DNA of 64,000 nucleotides from Candidatus Coprovivens sp. (GTDB lineage Bacteria; Bacillota_I; Bacilli_A; RF39; UBA660): NCBI GenBank assembly GCA_051892935.1, contig JBJFGS010000025.1, positions 80,813 to 144,812 of the forward strand, read 5' to 3'. Shown piece by piece: positions 61,658 to 64,000 of this stretch (position 1 is its first letter; each line of letters starts with the position of its first letter). The notes under the pieces were generated by a model. It saw only the letters and a program-made list of their open reading frames with translations, ran no database searches and was not told where the DNA came from. The position numbers and the translations under genes were made by a program.

Positions 61658-62011
61658 ATGAAACTTTTAAAAGAATCAACAATCGAAATAAAAAAATCCA
61701 AATTCATTGGATTATGTTACGAAATAACATCAGTTGAAGAAGCAAAAGAAATAATAGAAAATTTAAAAAGAGAACATAAAAAAGCACGTCATATCCCATA
61801 CGCCTATAAAATCAATAATACTGCTAAAAAGACAGATGATAAAGAACCAACAAATACTGCAGGTTTACCAATATATAATATTTTAGAAAGAAAGAATCTT
61901 AATAATCATTTAATAGCTGTAATAAGATATTTCGGTGGAATAAAACTAGGTGCCGGAGGATTATTAAGAGCATATAGTGAAGCTGCAAACGAAGCAACTA
62001 AAAATTTATAA
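61658..62011 (+). CDS. IMPACT/YigZ-family (UPF0029) N-domain protein, short form (117 aa)
   Basis: KSKFIG...ARHIPYAYK...DDKEPTNTAG..I motif pattern of the YigZ N-domain. RBS GAGGTGA. Confidence 0.6.
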   Translation: MKLLKESTIEIKKSKFIGLCYEITSVEEAKEIIENLKREHKKARHIPYAYKINNTAKKTDDKEPTNTAGLPIYNILERKNLNNHLIAVIRYFGGIKLGAGGLLRAYSEAANEATKNL

Positions 62012-62026
62012 AATAAAACAAAAGAA

Positions 62027-62059
62027 AAATACTATATCAATAATCGATATAGTATTTTT
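62027..62059. terminator. Bidirectional terminator between convergent genes
   Basis: AAATACTATATC-AATAATC-GATATAGTATTT then TTC. Confidence 0.5.
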
Positions 62060-62583
62060 CATACCATTACGTCCCTTATGTCCTTTCTCGGTCTAGCCTT
62101 TGGGAACTGATCTGGTAGACCCACACCTACGCATGAAACAGTTTCATAAGGGACATTAAGAACCTCTTTAATTTCATTATTGATAAGGTTAGTATTACCT
62201 ATCCAGATAGTACCAAATCCCATATCCGTATACGCAAGAATCATATTTTCAATACAAGCACCAATAGAAATAATATCCATATCACGATTCTCAACCACTT
62301 CGTTATCGATAAAAACCATAATTAAATGGGGAACGTTCCGAATAATACCCGCGGTATGAGGACCGGTATGCCCGGGAATATTTCTAGTCTTGTTTTCTAA
62401 TAAATCGGCAATAGAACTTTTCTCCGATGCACTCAGTATTTTAAACTTCCAAGGTTGTCTATTGTGGGCACTTGGAGCTTTTATACCAGCAAGAATACCT
62501 TTCATCAAGGCTTCTTCATCTAATATGATACTCTTATATTTGCGTATACTCCTGCGAGATTCAATCACATCACTGAGTAACAT
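62059..62583 (-). CDS. Nitroreductase-family protein (NfnB/FRase-like)
   Basis: RRSIRKY start, conserved PSAHNRQPW segment, 174 aa. Noticeably GC-richer than its surroundings. Confidence 0.8.
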   Translation of the reverse strand: MLLSDVIESRRSIRKYKSIILDEEALMKGILAGIKAPSAHNRQPWKFKILSASEKSSIADLLENKTRNIPGHTGPHTAGIIRNVPHLIMVFIDNEVVENRDMDIISIGACIENMILAYTDMGFGTIWIGNTNLINNEIKEVLNVPYETVSCVGVGLPDQFPKARPRKDIRDVMV

Positions 62584-62686
62584 ATCCTATCACCTACATT
62601 TATTATAACATAACAAAATAATATTGCAATACTTTTTTTGAAAAAATAAAATATTAATAAAAAAACTCATATAAGAGTACTAAAAT

Positions 62687-62715
62687 TTGACATACCTACT
62701 CTATAATATTAAAAT
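62687..62715 (+). promoter_or_regulatory. Promoter for the Fic gene
   Basis: TTGACA-17-TAAAAT, then RBS AAAGGGGGTAA. Confidence 0.5.
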
Positions 62716-62748
62716 ATGTAATATTAGAAAAAGGGGGTAATTTTTATT

Positions 62749-63966
62749 ATGGCAAAAACTATAAGAATCGCTGGAAAAAATTTTAACGCAAATTTCTTTT
62801 ATACTTACATGAGAAAAAACTTTGGTGAATCATTTGCACACAGTAGTCTTTCATTTGAAAAAGAATTCGAAGAAAGTAAAAAACTAGCTCAAAGGCTAAG
62901 TGAATTCATGTCTCAAAGTAATTGTGCTTATGCTACTAAATTAGAAAATGGTTCTAAAGAAGATTTAGAATTATTAAAAACAAGATACAGTGAAATAGCT
63001 ACAGTATTAGAAAAAATATATTCTGTACCAAAAGAAAGATATATCCTAGACGAAGATGAAGAAGATTATTCACTATGTATCGATGATTTCATACCATATT
63101 TTAAAGGAGCTGTAAGACCTTATCGTAATAAATACGAAATAGAACAAGCTCGCCTAGCAGGCAAATTAACTGATGCTCCATACGAAAATGAATCTCTAAT
63201 CGATAAAGTAAAAGAATTAGCAGACCTAGTAAGTTTAAAAGTTGCTGCTGATAAAAAAGCATATAATTTAAAAAAAGGAAATAACGAAGCATATGCTTAC
63301 GCTTTAGGTTTAAAATCAATAGGTATTCCGGAAATAATTGAAATAAATGCAAAAGTAAATAAAAATTCAGGAATTCATACTGGATTCAAAACAACAGACA
63401 ACGACATAATAAACGCTCCATTCAAGACATGTCCTAAAGAATTAGTTCCAATAAAAATGCAAGAGCTACTTCATAATTATAATTATGTTTGGGCGCAAGG
63501 CATCCCTCCATTTACTGAAGGTGTCGATGACGAAAAACAAAAAATTGCTCATTTAAGAGCTGTTTGTGATAGAGAAGCAAAATTCCATATTGCATTCGAA
63601 AGAATACATCCATTTGAAGATGGTAATGGTCGTACAGGAAGAATAATTCTAAACGCTCATTTAGTCGCAAACGAACTAGCTCCTGTTTTAATTACTCCAG
63701 AAATGCGTGAATTCTATATAGAATGTATAGATACAGACAACTATCAAGCTTTAAGTCAGCATATAATGTCAATATCAAGTGTATGCTTAACAGAAATGGT
63801 TTCACAATATCGTAGAACAAAAGGTATAGATCCAGATGAATTAAGAATTTCCGATGTTCAACAAAAAGGTCATCATACAGCAGTCAAAGTATACATACCT
63901 GAAACACAACAAGAAAAAACTGCTCAAGGCGACGAGGATGTTAAAATATATCGAATAAAAAGATAA
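62749..63966 (+). CDS. Fic (filamentation induced by cAMP)/Doc family protein, putative AMPylator
   Basis: Canonical Fic motif HPFEDGNGRTGR (HxFx(D/E)GNGRxxR), 405 aa. Confidence 0.85.
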   Translation: MAKTIRIAGKNFNANFFYTYMRKNFGESFAHSSLSFEKEFEESKKLAQRLSEFMSQSNCAYATKLENGSKEDLELLKTRYSEIATVLEKIYSVPKERYILDEDEEDYSLCIDDFIPYFKGAVRPYRNKYEIEQARLAGKLTDAPYENESLIDKVKELADLVSLKVAADKKAYNLKKGNNEAYAYALGLKSIGIPEIIEINAKVNKNSGIHTGFKTTDNDIINAPFKTCPKELVPIKMQELLHNYNYVWAQGIPPFTEGVDDEKQKIAHLRAVCDREAKFHIAFERIHPFEDGNGRTGRIILNAHLVANELAPVLITPEMREFYIECIDTDNYQALSQHIMSISSVCLTEMVSQYRRTKGIDPDELRISDVQQKGHHTAVKVYIPETQQEKTAQGDEDVKIYRIKR

Positions 63967-64000
63967 AAGTGTTAGAAAATCTAACACTTTTTTATTTAAC

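Overview
Very AT-rich (roughly 25% GC) bacterial chromosomal segment read with the standard code (TGA acts as stop; long housekeeping ORFs are intact). Gene content and order (relA-dtd, hisS/aspS under a T-box, gatCAB, comN-like, yetF-like, rarA, gpsA) point to a low-GC Firmicutes / wall-less Firmicutes-like lineage, but no taxon can be named from sequence alone. The backbone is housekeeping: a U32 peptidase, mscL, zupT, a Xer recombinase, rarA, gpsA, tcdA, gatCAB-aspS-asnS-hisS as one minus-strand operon with a T-box leader, dtd-relA, tgt, queA, RnfC/D-like pair, uvrC, an LMW phosphatase, nitroreductase, and a Fic protein. Three accessory modules stand out. (1) An island between mscL and zupT begins with a decayed IS3-family element. 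It carries a plus-strand cluster of uncharacterised membrane and secreted proteins built around a classical AAA+ ATPase, then a self-contained XRE-type HTH gene, then a degenerate ~63-bp tandem-repeat array. (2) A four-gene minus-strand operon sits between gatB and tcdA with its own promoter and terminator. It encodes a Cys-rich 267-aa protein, two large tandem paralogs of unknown fold, and a HerA/FtsK-type ATPase, followed by a ~175-nt structured RNA-like element. This is the best candidate for an undescribed (possibly defence) system. (3) A 2331-aa cytosolic giant protein with internal DUF4116-like repeats and a C-terminal atypical-kinase-like motif, translationally coupled to a 71-aa acidic protein. 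Many remaining ORFs are lineage-specific, N-terminally anchored, Tyr/Asp/Asn-rich hypothetical proteins. No rRNA, tRNA or CRISPR array was found.
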